Positions 25,185-34,025 are shown, counted from the first letter of the stretch. The stretch is 40,068 nt of DNA from Acidimicrobiia bacterium (GCA_013694495.1 JACDCH010000199.1:1-40068), one strand, 5' to 3'. Translations and numbers: made by a program. The notes: generated by a model not told the origin, from the sequence alone.

Positions 25185-25721
25185 CTACCTGCGGGCGCAG
25201 CGCTGAATGGTGTGCCGGACCCGCTCGAGGATCGGCGGCAGCACCGGAAGGTCCAGGCTGCGCTGCACGAGCAGCGTGTCGTCGATCAGATCTGCGGAGA
25301 GGAGTGCGGTTGCGAACTCGAGGTCCTTCTCCCGGCCGGCGACGAGCTTGGCGAGCACGAGGTCGTGCGGATCGAGGCAGACGGCGGCGCTGTCCGGGTT
25401 GGTCGGGTCGAAGGGGACGAGCCGATCCCGCCATCCCGCCGGGAGCACGGCGGTCGAGATGCTGACGCCCTGCGCGTAGTAGCCGAAGGTCGCGTGGAAG
25501 GCCGAGAGTTCGCCGATGGCGCCGTCGACGTCGTCGGACTTCACGTTGTCCGGGTCGTCCCAGAACGCCACGTCGGCCTCGATCGAGCGGGTCGCTTCCT
25601 CGGGCAGGTCGTCGGCGTCGTGGCTTCCGAGGATCGCTTGGCTGCCGAGCACGACGATGTTCGGGTCCTCGACGATCTTCGAGGCAGCTCGAAGGATGTG
25701 GGCGAGCTGCTCGCGGTTCAT
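25185..25721 (-). CDS. DUF6036-like nucleotidyltransferase
   Basis: MNREQLAHILRAA...VVLGSQAILG...RSIEADV...GELSAFHATFGYYAQGV...LPAGWRDRL...AKLVAGREKD; ATGA coupling. Confidence 0.8.
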   Translation of the reverse strand: MNREQLAHILRAASKIVEDPNIVVLGSQAILGSHDADDLPEEATRSIEADVAFWDDPDNVKSDDVDGAIGELSAFHATFGYYAQGVSISTAVLPAGWRDRLVPFDPTNPDSAAVCLDPHDLVLAKLVAGREKDLEFATALLSADLIDDTLLVQRSLDLPVLPPILERVRHTIQRCARR

Positions 25722-26239
25722 GCGGCGCCCGACGTTCGCCACGAAGCGAGGACCCGCTGACGCTCCCGGTCGGAGAGCAACCCGGCGAACGGCGCGTTCT
25801 GGCGGAGCTCGCGCCCCCGTAGCGAGCGTGAGAGGTACAGCTCGAGCAGCCGGTCCAGCGGTCCGTCGACGAGGCGCTGCCATTCGGCCAGCCAGCGGCG
25901 GGTCTCTCCCCTGGACTGCTCCCGCATGAGGTCGAGGTTCGTGCGGGCCAGCGTCATGGCCTTGTCGGGGTTGGCGACGATCTTTCCGACGGTGGCGTAG
26001 GCGAGCCAGAGGCTGCGGCGCTGGTCACGGGTGACTCGCTCGGATCGGGTCCGGATGGCGTCGATGTCGCCGCGTCGGACGCGCCGGTGCCGTCCGACGA
26101 GGGTGAAGGGCAGGTCGCCTCGTTCACAGAGATCGACAACGTGCTGACGGGTGGAGCTCAGGAGCGCGGCCGCCTCACCCGTCGTGAGCAGCTCCTCCGG
26201 GTCGGTTGACGACACGGTGTCGTAGACGGCGGTTCTCAC
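25718..26239 (-). CDS. HTH_17 (excisionase-type) DNA-binding protein with C-terminal domain, probable antitoxin
   Basis: LLTTGEAAALLSSTRQHVVDLCERGDLPF...GRHRRVRR; C-term RELRQNAPFAGLL; start uncertain (26239 or 26215). Confidence 0.8.
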   Translation of the reverse strand: MRTAVYDTVSSTDPEELLTTGEAAALLSSTRQHVVDLCERGDLPFTLVGRHRRVRRGDIDAIRTRSERVTRDQRRSLWLAYATVGKIVANPDKAMTLARTNLDLMREQSRGETRRWLAEWQRLVDGPLDRLLELYLSRSLRGRELRQNAPFAGLLSDRERQRVLASWRTSGAA

Positions 26240-26246
26240 CTCCTGC

Positions 26247-26310
26247 AATGTACCGCTAAACGCAATATACCCAACACGCAGCCCTTCATTGTGTTTATTG
26301 TGGATGTCAA
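26247..26310 (-). promoter_or_regulatory. AT-rich promoter/operator for the HTH-NTase pair
   Basis: Minus strand TTGACA (26305-26310), CACAAT repeats, TTGGGT-16 nt-TACATT 7 nt before GTG 26239. Confidence 0.5.
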
Positions 26311-26400
26311 CCGCTCCGGGCTCGACACACTCGGGTAGCGCTTGCGCCAACTCCGACCGACTGCAGGTGCCGTTCGTCCGCCTTCGTTCCGGGATTGCCC

Positions 26401-26565
26401 CTAGTGTCCCGGCAGGTTGGTCCGTTGATGAAATGGGCGAGTCAGATTCGGTCCTGGCAGGGACGCAGGCCGACGGACTCCCCCAGCGAATGCGAGGCCG
26501 AGGACGCAGCCAGGGGCGGATCTGGCCGACCGATTTCGCGGCGAGTCAGCCTGCCGGGACACTAG
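26401..26565. mobile_element. MITE-like element (165 bp) with CTAG-terminated inverted repeats
   Basis: CTAGTGTCCCGGCAGG (26401-26416) and CCTGCCGGGACACTAG (26550-26565), perfect 16-bp IR; non-coding interior. Confidence 0.7.
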
Positions 26566-26905
26566 GAGACTGTTGAACAACCGGTCGGCGGGTCGTCGTC
26601 GTGGGGTCGCGACGGGTCTGGGGTTGGCTGAACCGATCGTGGGCTCAGGCCGCAGTTGTGGAAGCCGCCCACCGCCAACACCGTCACGGCCGACGCCACC
26701 GTCCTGCCATGAAGCGTTCCATGTCCACTGCTCCTCGAGTCAGGTGGGACCCTCGCGGTCTCACCGTCGACCATGCGGCAGGTCGACCCCCACCGGTATG
26801 GGGGAGAACCGACAATTGGGGGCCGGACAGCCCCGTTTCGTGCCGGACCAGGCTCGTGGTGTCGCGAAGACCCGGCCGACCTGCCCGATGGGGGAAACTG
26901 GCCCG

Positions 26906-29797
26906 ATGGTGCGGGACCTGCTCTGTCCCACCCTCGTCGGGCGGGACGCGGAATGGGGGCGACTCGAGGCGGCGCTCGACGCGGTCGGTGACGGGGACGG
27001 CGTGGCCATCGCCCTGCTCGGCGAGGCGGGCATCGGCAAGTCGCGCCTGGTGAGCGAGCTCGCCGGCGCGGCCGCAGAGCGAGGGGTACCCGTGCTCGAC
27101 GGCCGGGCCGTCGACGCCCCCACGCCGGTGCCGTTCCGGCCGCTGTTCGAAGCGCTGGCGGGGTGGTCCCGCGACGGTGGTCCCGACTCGCACCCGGAGC
27201 TGGCGGGGATCCGGGAGGTGCTGGCCCCCATCGTTCCGGCCTGGCGCCCCGGCGGCGAGCCCTCGTACCCGGTGTCCGCGATGGAGCTCGGTGACGCGCT
27301 GCTGCGCCTGCTGACTGGGATCGCCGGGGCTCGCGGCTGCGTCCTCGTGCTGGAGGACCTGCACTGGGCCGACCCGGACACCGCTGGCGTCCTCGAGTAC
27401 GTCGTCGACAACCTGGCCGGGAGCGGCGTCCTGTGCGCCGTGACGGCGCGTCCGGAAGGCTCCGGTGATGCTCTCCGGATGATGCGGGCGCTCGCGTCGC
27501 GCCGAGCGGTGACGGTGCTCGAGCTCCAGCGCCTCGGTGGTGACGACCTGGCCGAGATGGTCCGGCGGTGCCTCCGAGCCGACGAGCTCTCCGAGAACGT
27601 CGACACCATGGTCCGCCGCTTCTCCGACGGCCTGCCGTTCCTGGTGGAGGAGCTCCTCGCGTCGACCGTGGCCAGCGGCGCCCTCGTCGACGGACCCGAG
27701 GGCTGGCACGTGGATGGCGCTGTGGGGCCGGTGCTCCCGCAGGGATTCGAAGAGCTCGTCCGCCGCCGGATCGGGGCGCTGAGCGAGGACGCCGCGAGCG
27801 TGCTCCTGGCGGCCGCCGTGCTCGGCCGGCGCTTCGATGCCGAGCTGCTGCCGGCGATCACGGGACGACCGATCGGCGAGGTGGTCGCAGCACTCCGCAG
27901 CGGGGTGGCGGCGCAGCTCCTGGTCGTCGACCGGGTGGACCCAGGCTCGTTCGAGCTTCGCCACGCGCTCACGCGGGATGCGCTGCTCGCGCAGCTCTTG
28001 CCGATCGAGCGGACCGCGTTGGCCCGCAAGGTGCTCGCTGCGCTCGAGGAGCACGAGCCGGAGCTGCCGGGGGAACTGACGGAGCTGGCCGCATCGCTCG
28101 CCGAACAGCTCGGCGACGGAAGTCGAGCCGCCGAGCTGCTCCTCGTCGCCGCCCGACGTGCTGTGAGGCGAGGTGCGTTCTCGAGCGCCGAGCCGGTGCT
28201 CGACCGAGCCTGGCGGCTCGTGCGCCGTGACGACCCGGTCTGGCCGGAGGTCGGGAGCGAGCTCATGGCGGTGCTGACCGAGACCGGGGACATCGATCGG
28301 GCCCTCGAGGTGGGCGGGCGGTTGCTCGCCGACCTTCCCGCGTCGGTCGACGCGGCGGCGATCCACCTGGCGATGGCGCGAGCCGCCGTCGCGGCCGGCC
28401 GAACCGGCAGCGCGCTCGCATCCCTGGAGCGCGCGCGAGTCGCAGAACCTGCCCACCTCGCAGCGGTGGCGGCCGATGCCGACGTGATCGCAGCGGACAT
28501 CGCGGCGGAGGCGCGCCGATTCGAGGAGGCCGAGCGTCTTGCCTCCGGCGTCCTGGCGGTGACGGATCCGGAGGTGGATCCGGCTCGTGCGTGCCACGCG
28601 TTGCTGGTCCTCGGTCGGTGCGCCCGTCTGCAACGGCAGGACGAGGCGGCACACCTGTTCGACCGAGCGATCGCGATCGGTGAGGCCCACGGGCTGCACG
28701 CACTGCGGTTGCGCGCGGTCATGGATCGGGCCTGGTTCGAGCTCGTGAGCTTCGGTGACGGACAGCTGATGACGGCCGCACGCGACGAGGCCGCCGGGGC
28801 CGGTGCACTGGTGGTCGCCGCCCACCTCGACAACTTCCTGGCGTGGTCGGCGATCGACCACCACGCGCCGGAGCGAGCGGTCGCCGCCGCGGAGCGGGGC
28901 GCCGCCCTGGCCCGGAAGCTTCGCCTGGATGTCCTCCAGGGGATGCTCCTGGGGGGTTCGATCGTGGCCGCGGCCCAGCAGGGCGACCGCGCCCTGATGG
29001 AGCGTCGGGCCGCCGAAGCTGCGGCCCTCCCCGACGACCACGCCAACCTCGCCATCCTCGAGGCGTGGGCCCGGGCCGAGCTCGTGCTCCCGCGCGACGA
29101 CCTCCCTCGACTCCACGCCGAACTGGAAGCCGCGATGGTGCTGCTCCGCGAGGCGCCGGAGTTCCCCATCCCGGCACGCGGGTTGTTCGCCCTCGTCAGC
29201 GTGTTCCTCGACCGTGACGCCGAGGCGGCGCTCGCCGAACTCGGTGCCGACCCGGCGTTCAACCACGCGATGAGCAGGGCCCACTGGCACTACGCGAACG
29301 CCATCCTGCTGGGCCGGGCCGGCGAACACGCCGAAGCGGCCAGCGAGGTCGCCCGTGGCGACTCGGCCTCGACGCCGTTGGCGTGGTTCCAGCACCACGC
29401 CCGACGCCTCGTCGCGGAAGCGGCGCTCGCCGACGGCTGGGGCGAGCCCATCCGGTGGCTCCGCGAGGCGCACCTCGACTTCGCGGGCCGGGGTGACGAG
29501 GACCTTGCCGCGTCGTGCCGGCGCCTGCTCACGAAGGCGGGGGCACCGGTGCCCAGGAAGGCCTCGGCCGACACCGGCGTCCCGGTGGACCTCCAGGCGA
29601 AGGGCATCACCGCTCGAGAGGTCGAGGTCCTCGAGCTCCTGGCCGAGGCCATGCCCACCCGGGAGATCGCCGAGCGACTGTTCCTGTCGCATCGGACGGT
29701 CGAGCGCCACATCTCGAACATCGCGGTGAAGGTCGGCGTCCCCGGTCGGGCCGGGGTCGTGGCCTTCGCCGCCCGGTTCGCCGCCTCGGCGGACTGA
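26906..29797 (+). CDS. Large ATP-binding LuxR-family regulator (AAA_16 + helical repeats + LuxR HTH)
   Basis: LVGRDAE, GEAGIGKSRL, LEDLHWAD, GLPFLVEE, FELRHAL; C-term ITAREVEVLELLA...EIAERLFLSHRTVERHISNI. Confidence 0.92.
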   Translation: MVRDLLCPTLVGRDAEWGRLEAALDAVGDGDGVAIALLGEAGIGKSRLVSELAGAAAERGVPVLDGRAVDAPTPVPFRPLFEALAGWSRDGGPDSHPELAGIREVLAPIVPAWRPGGEPSYPVSAMELGDALLRLLTGIAGARGCVLVLEDLHWADPDTAGVLEYVVDNLAGSGVLCAVTARPEGSGDALRMMRALASRRAVTVLELQRLGGDDLAEMVRRCLRADELSENVDTMVRRFSDGLPFLVEELLASTVASGALVDGPEGWHVDGAVGPVLPQGFEELVRRRIGALSEDAASVLLAAAVLGRRFDAELLPAITGRPIGEVVAALRSGVAAQLLVVDRVDPGSFELRHALTRDALLAQLLPIERTALARKVLAALEEHEPELPGELTELAASLAEQLGDGSRAAELLLVAARRAVRRGAFSSAEPVLDRAWRLVRRDDPVWPEVGSELMAVLTETGDIDRALEVGGRLLADLPASVDAAAIHLAMARAAVAAGRTGSALASLERARVAEPAHLAAVAADADVIAADIAAEARRFEEAERLASGVLAVTDPEVDPARACHALLVLGRCARLQRQDEAAHLFDRAIAIGEAHGLHALRLRAVMDRAWFELVSFGDGQLMTAARDEAAGAGALVVAAHLDNFLAWSAIDHHAPERAVAAAERGAALARKLRLDVLQGMLLGGSIVAAAQQGDRALMERRAAEAAALPDDHANLAILEAWARAELVLPRDDLPRLHAELEAAMVLLREAPEFPIPARGLFALVSVFLDRDAEAALAELGADPAFNHAMSRAHWHYANAILLGRAGEHAEAASEVARGDSASTPLAWFQHHARRLVAEAALADGWGEPIRWLREAHLDFAGRGDEDLAASCRRLLTKAGAPVPRKASADTGVPVDLQAKGITAREVEVLELLAEAMPTREIAERLFLSHRTVERHISNIAVKVGVPGRAGVVAFAARFAASAD

Positions 29798-29818
29798 GCC
29801 CTCCCGCTGCCGCGCCCG

Positions 29819-29857
29819 ATGGGGGTGGATGGGGATCGGAATGGGGGCGGCCCCGAT
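29819..29857 (+). promoter_or_regulatory. ATGGGG(G/A) repeats plus inverted CCCCGAT, probable LuxR operator
   Basis: Copies at 29819, 29829, 29841; inverted at 29851; ATGGGGG also at 26798 and 26888 upstream of the regulator. Confidence 0.5.
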
Positions 29858-29923
29858 GCCACCGAGCCCAAGGAGGCGCATCGTGTGACTCGCACCACGT
29901 CACACCTTCGAGAGGAGCCCAAC

Positions 29924-30388
29924 ATGTCCCCTGAGCCCATGGTCGTCGCCCCGGCGGATCGCCCCCGATCCCTGAACGTCGTCGGCGAGCAGGTCACGGT
30001 GCTCGCCTCCGGCGAGCAGACCGGCAGCTTCGAGATCTTCTTCCAGGCAGGGCCGGAGGGTTGCGGCCCGCCCCCCCACAGCCACCCGTGGGACGAGGCC
30101 TTCTACGTGCTCCGTGGCGAGATCCACTTCGTGGTCGACGGGCTCGAGCGGACCGCCGGGGCCGGCGCCATGGTCTTCGTGCCCGCCGGGACCCTGCACT
30201 GCTTCCGGCTCGGTTCGGGCGGCGCCGAGGCACTGAGCATCACCTCCCGCCCCGGGGCGGCGGCGATGTTCAGCGACATCGACGCCGAGATCTCGCCCGA
30301 CGCCCCCGACCTCGGGAAGCTCGTGGCCGTGGCGCTCGCCCACGGGCTCGACGTCGCCGTGCCCCCGCTCGAGGAGGTCGCCGGCTGA
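29924..30388 (+). CDS. Cupin domain protein
   Basis: GPPPHSHPWDEAFYVLRGE...VFVPAGTLHCF; GAGGAG RBS. Confidence 0.9.
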   Translation: MSPEPMVVAPADRPRSLNVVGEQVTVLASGEQTGSFEIFFQAGPEGCGPPPHSHPWDEAFYVLRGEIHFVVDGLERTAGAGAMVFVPAGTLHCFRLGSGGAEALSITSRPGAAAMFSDIDAEISPDAPDLGKLVAVALAHGLDVAVPPLEEVAG

Positions 30389-30940
30389 TGGACGCCATCG
30401 ACGCCCTCGAGCGCAGCCACGGCCACCTGCTCGTAACGGTCACCAGCATCTCCACCGAGGAGCTCTCGAACCCCTCCGCCTGCGACCAGTGGGATCTGCG
30501 CACCCTGCTGAACCACATCCTCGGCGCCGGGTGGATGTTCACCCTCGCCAACCGTGGCGAGGCCGCCGGCGAAGACGGCGGCGACCTCGTGGGCGACGAC
30601 CACGTCGCCGCCTGCGCAGCCCTGGCCGAGGCCAACCTTGCGTCCTGGCGGGCCGGGACGCGCTGGAGGCGAGCGGGCGTTCCCGTTCGGGACCTTCCCG
30701 GCGCCGATGGCCCTGCTCATCAACGTCGGCGAGGTCGCAGTGCACGCATGGGACCTGGCCAACGCCACCGGCCAGGACCCCACGATCGATCCCGAGGTCG
30801 CAGCGCTGCTCCTCGACTTCTACCGCAGCCTCCCCCTGGAGGAGTTCCGCGCCCACGGGGCCTTCGGGCCCGAGGTCGAGATCGATCCGACGGCACCGGC
30901 TGCCGACCGCATGCTCGCCCTCCTCGGCTTCCGACCGTAG
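30388..30940 (+). pseudogene. TIGR03086 / MDMPI-DinB-like metal-binding protein, frameshifted around 30650-30672
   Basis: PSACDQWDLRTLLNH in one frame; EVAVHAWDLANATG...AFGPEV...DRMLALLG in another. Confidence 0.8.
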
Positions 30941-31004
30941 GCCTCGCTCCCGATCGACCGGATCCGCAGCGCGACCCAGGAGAGGACCGCGTGCAGTTGG
31001 TTCA

Positions 31005-31034
31005 GTGCTGGCCTGCGGAGACGCAGGTCAGCAC
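31005..31034 (+). terminator. 13-bp hairpin with GAGA tetraloop, possible terminator
   Basis: GTGCTGGCCTGCG-GAGA-CGCAGGTCAGCAC (one G-T pair); no U-tract. Confidence 0.45.
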
Positions 31035-31194
31035 CGCGCTCGCTCCGCGCTGCCACGTGCTCGGTCAGGGTACGACGCCCCGGCCAGGACGGGTCCTTGC
31101 CAGTGGGCGGGCGGTCGGCGATGCTGGCGCCGGTCCCGAGGAGGTCACCATGTCCCGCTCGACGGCGGGGCAGGTGCCCCGGAAGTGGTCGGTG

Positions 31195-31212
31195 AGTCCC
31201 CCTCGCCCACCA
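31195..31212 (+). repeat. att core 3 (shorter tRNA 3'-end copy ending in CCA)
   Basis: AGTCCCCCTCGCCCAC-CA versus tRNA AGTCCCCCCTCGCCCAC (one C fewer); followed, as at core 2, by GGGGTA and the MraZ-like/recombinase module. Confidence 0.85.
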
Positions 31213-31292
31213 GAACTGGGGTAACCACCCCACATGCGGGTGATCGTCACGGAACGGCACGGCAGGGTTCGTGACCAGCGTCGGGGATGCGC

Positions 31293-31687
31293 ATGAACCG
31301 CCCCCGCACCCCACCCGCCGCCCTGCCCGACCTCACCGGCCCACCCCTCCCGGCGTCGCGGTGGCAGTGGTCGGCCGCCGAACCCGAACCTTCCGGCCGG
31401 CTCCTTCTCCCTCCGGTCGCCCGCCGCGTCCTCGGATCGGAGTCCGCCTCGCCGCAGGTCGTCTCGGGCAGCGTGCGCGGCGACACGCTCGTCATTCGTC
31501 CCGAGCACGCAGAAAGCCCTGCGATGACGCTTGACGCCCGCGGCCGGATCTACCTGCCGGTGTGGCTGCGCCGCCACCCCGGCTTCCTCATCGGACCCAC
31601 GCCACCGGCGCGAATCCGGCCGTCGTGATCGTGCCCGCCACCTTGTTCGACGCCGTCGGCGACCAGCTCCTGGAGCGGCTCCGATGA
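31293..31687 (+). pseudogene. MraZ/AbrB-like double-domain protein, frameshift near 31594
   Basis: EPSGRLLLPPVARRVLG and TLDARGRIYLPVWLRR; continues in a shifted frame ...AVVIVPATLFDAVGDQLLERLR* overlapping the recombinase ATG. Confidence 0.72.
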
Positions 31688-32723
31688 ACCGCCAGCTCCG
31701 AGCCAAGATCCTGATCGAAGAGGCCCGAGCCCTGGGCATCGACGTCGACGACCTTGTCGCCGCCGCCACCGGCGGAGCCACGCCGCTCACGCTTGCGGCG
31801 TGGTCGATGAGATCGCCCCGACCTTCGGTGGGTCGACCGCCGCCACGTACCGCCCCTACTGGCGTCTCGCCACCTGGCTGTTCGGCGACCGGTATCTGGC
31901 CGAGCTCACCACCACCGACCTCGCCGGGGTGGTCGACGCCGCCGCAGAGCGCGCCCGCACCCACCGGCCTGACTCGACCGGCCGGGCCTCCCGGGAGACC
32001 TGCATCGCTGCCCTCCGCGCCCTGTACGTCCGGGCCGTCGACGCAGGCCACGTCGCCACGAACCCGGCCGCCGCGCTCCGCAAGCCCCTGCGCACCACGA
32101 GTCAACGCCGAGCCCTCGACGACCACGAGCTCACCGACCTCGCCGACGCCATCCGGGCCACCAGCACCGACCCCGACCTCGACCTGCTCCTCATCCGGTT
32201 CCACCTCGAGACCGGCGCCCGCCGTCAAGGCGCCCTCAACCTCCGACGCCGAGACATCGACAGCAACCGCGCCACCGTGTGGCTCCGGGAGAAGAACGAC
32301 ACGACGCGCGAACAACCCGCCTCGCCCTCCCTCGTCGAGCGTCTGATCGCAGACGCCGACGGGCGAAACGGTGTCGGGCGAGACGATGCCGTGTTCCGGA
32401 ACCGACGAGGAGAGCCGATAACGGGACGCCGCTACGACCGGATGTTCGCCCGAGCCCGGGAGCGTCTGGGCTGGGACGACCGCACACCAGTGTCGGCCCA
32501 CGTGATGCGGCACACCGCCGTCACCCGCATCGGGCGCATCGCCGGGTATCCCGTCGCCCAAGCCTTCGCCGGCCACGCCCCGCCCACCGTCACCGGCCGC
32601 TACCTCCACGCCACGCTCGCCGACGTCGCAACCGCCGTCGCGACCCTCACGGGAGAAGCACACCCCCTCGCTCACCCCGCCCGAGACAGCAGCCGGCGCA
32701 TCTGCGCCAACCTTCGACGCTGA
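31684..32723 (+). pseudogene. Tyrosine recombinase, paralog of 23924-24949, frameshift near 31803
   Basis: MNRQLRAKILIEEARALGID...LAAW, then (one G missing) VDEIAPTF...ETGARRQGAL, WLREK, SAHVMRHT, FAGH, TGRYLH. Confidence 0.88.
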
Positions 32724-32750
32724 CTCAGTTCGGGGTCAGGTCGTCGCGAC

Positions 32751-32805
32751 CTTCGGGGACAGTCACCCGGCCCGGACCATCCCACCTACCCGGCGTTGGA
32801 GGGCA
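32751..32805. repeat. Inverted repeat A, left arm (55 bp)
   Basis: CTTCGGGGAC...CCGGCGTTGGAGGGCA; reverse complement matches 38650-38704 exactly over 16 and 10 terminal bp with identical overall length. Confidence 0.85.
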
Positions 32806-32831
32806 GGTGTAAGAGGCGATCTGGCCGCACG

Positions 32832-32941
32832 TTAGGTGGCAGCTCGACGGCTCGCATACGCGCCGTTCGGTGCGGACCTAGCGGAGGCTCTCGGCCGGGA
32901 TTATGGCCGGGTGATATCCCGCGTCCTTCACCGGCACATGG
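32832..32941 (+). repeat. Spacer motif cluster shared with 38726-38810
   Basis: TTAGGTGGCAGC (32832), ATACGCGCCG (32856), GATATC-N10-CACCGGCAC-N-TGG (32913-32941). Confidence 0.75.
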
Positions 32942-33042
32942 AGGTCATGTTCCAGGCTGACACCGCCGGGCGTTGTGGGGTACCTGACCGACGTGTGGAT
33001 TCGCGTGGGCTCGCGCTGCGCGGTGTCGGGCAACATCCAGTC

Positions 33043-33801
33043 ATGGATCCCGTCGTGCTCCAGGACGACGAGCACTGTCCCGTGCTGCTCGTCGACGGCA
33101 CAGTGCGTCGACGAAGACGTTGGTGGTCGACCGCCGTTCATCACTTGCTGTCGTATCTGGCCGACGTCGGCTTCGCCGAAGCGCCGCGACCGCTGGGCTT
33201 CGACAAGGACGGGCGAGAGATGCTCACGTTCATCGAGGGAGATTCCGGCAGCGCTGCTGGCAGGCGGGTCGCGTCCACGACCGCGCTGGTCGAGTTCGCG
33301 GTGTTCCTTCGCCGATTCCACGACGCGGTGCGGGACTATGTGCCGCCGCCGGGAGCTGACTGGGCATTGCCCGCGACCCCGGACGCACCGCCGGCAGGCA
33401 TCTGCCACGGCGACTTCGCTCCGTGGAACGTCGTGTGGTCGGGCGACGCGCCCGTCGGGATACTGGACTTCGATCTCGCTCATCCCGGGCCGGCGAACCA
33501 CGACGTGGCTTACGCGCTGGCGTACAGCGTTCCGTTCCGAGACGACGCTGACACCCGAAGGATGCTGGGCGTCGATCAGATCCCGGACCGTCGCCACCGC
33601 GTTCGGGTCTTTGCCGATGCCTACGGTGTCGACACCGATGGGCTCGTGGAGCGAGTCGTTGCGCGACAGCTCAAGTACGCCCACGACGTCGAGTTGTTGC
33701 GCGAGCGCGGCCTCGTCGCAGGATGGACCTCGCCCGAGTCGATCGCCCGCAACCACCAGATCGCCGCCTGGCTCGCCCGCCACCAGCACCTCTTCCGGTA
33801 G
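33043..33801 (+). CDS. Aminoglycoside phosphotransferase-like kinase
   Basis: AVHHLLSYL...APRPLG...REMLTFIEG, ICHGDFAPWN, ILDFD. Confidence 0.88.
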   Translation: MDPVVLQDDEHCPVLLVDGTVRRRRRWWSTAVHHLLSYLADVGFAEAPRPLGFDKDGREMLTFIEGDSGSAAGRRVASTTALVEFAVFLRRFHDAVRDYVPPPGADWALPATPDAPPAGICHGDFAPWNVVWSGDAPVGILDFDLAHPGPANHDVAYALAYSVPFRDDADTRRMLGVDQIPDRRHRVRVFADAYGVDTDGLVERVVARQLKYAHDVELLRERGLVAGWTSPESIARNHQIAAWLARHQHLFR

Positions 33802-33806
33802 CGGGA

Positions 33807-33843
33807 GCCGTAGCAACTACGGCCGCACGCATGGCGCGTGCGG
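33807..33843. terminator. Two adjacent hairpins between convergent genes
   Basis: GCCGTAG-CAA-CTACGGC and CCGCACGC-ATGGC-GCGTGCGG. Confidence 0.4.
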
Positions 33844-33853
33844 TTGGGATGCG

Positions 33854-33974
33854 CTTCTGGGACAGGTCGGGCTCATGCCAACCACCGGCACCTCGGGGGC
33901 GCTGTCCCACGCCGTTCTGGCCACGCGTTTTGGGATGGCGCGCGGCCCTCGACGTGCACCAAGCCGTCGATCTG
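33854..33974 (+). repeat. Inverted repeat B left arm (33854-33872) plus about 100-bp direct repeat copy (33876-33974)
   Basis: CTTCTGGGACAGGTCGGGC pairs 18/19 with 39735-39753; CCACCGGCACCT...AGCCGTCGAT is colinear with 38791-38890. Confidence 0.85.
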
Positions 33975-34025
33975 TGCGCGGGACCGGGACGGGTGCGTTC
34001 CACCAACCGCCGCGCCTGTGGGTGG

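Larger units (their letters stand above)
23463..31210. mobile_element. Element 2: small integrative element (MraZ/AbrB-like + tyrosine recombinase + cargo)
   Basis: Bounded by tRNA 3'-end copies; recombinase module directly after the left copy. Confidence 0.78.

Noticed and set aside
29821-29850. G-quadruplex
   Set aside because: Only three runs of three or more G; operator repeats explain the pattern more simply.
26684-29881. 1065-aa and 833-aa minus-strand ORFs
   Set aside because: Antisense shadows of the LuxR regulator; no motifs.
31590-31810. Programmed ribosomal frameshifting in the MraZ-like and recombinase genes
   Set aside because: No slippery heptamer, and positions are not conserved between paralogs; recombinase 2 is in frame.
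32782-32840. Integron attC-like site (CCACCTAC...GTTAGGTGG)
   Set aside because: GTTRRRY and a near-complementary left box are present (one A short of RYYYAAC), but the inner L boxes do not pair, the second TTAGGTGGCAG copy lacks GTT and a partner, and the recombinases show no IntI-specific insertion. An IntegronFinder/attC covariance hit would reopen this.
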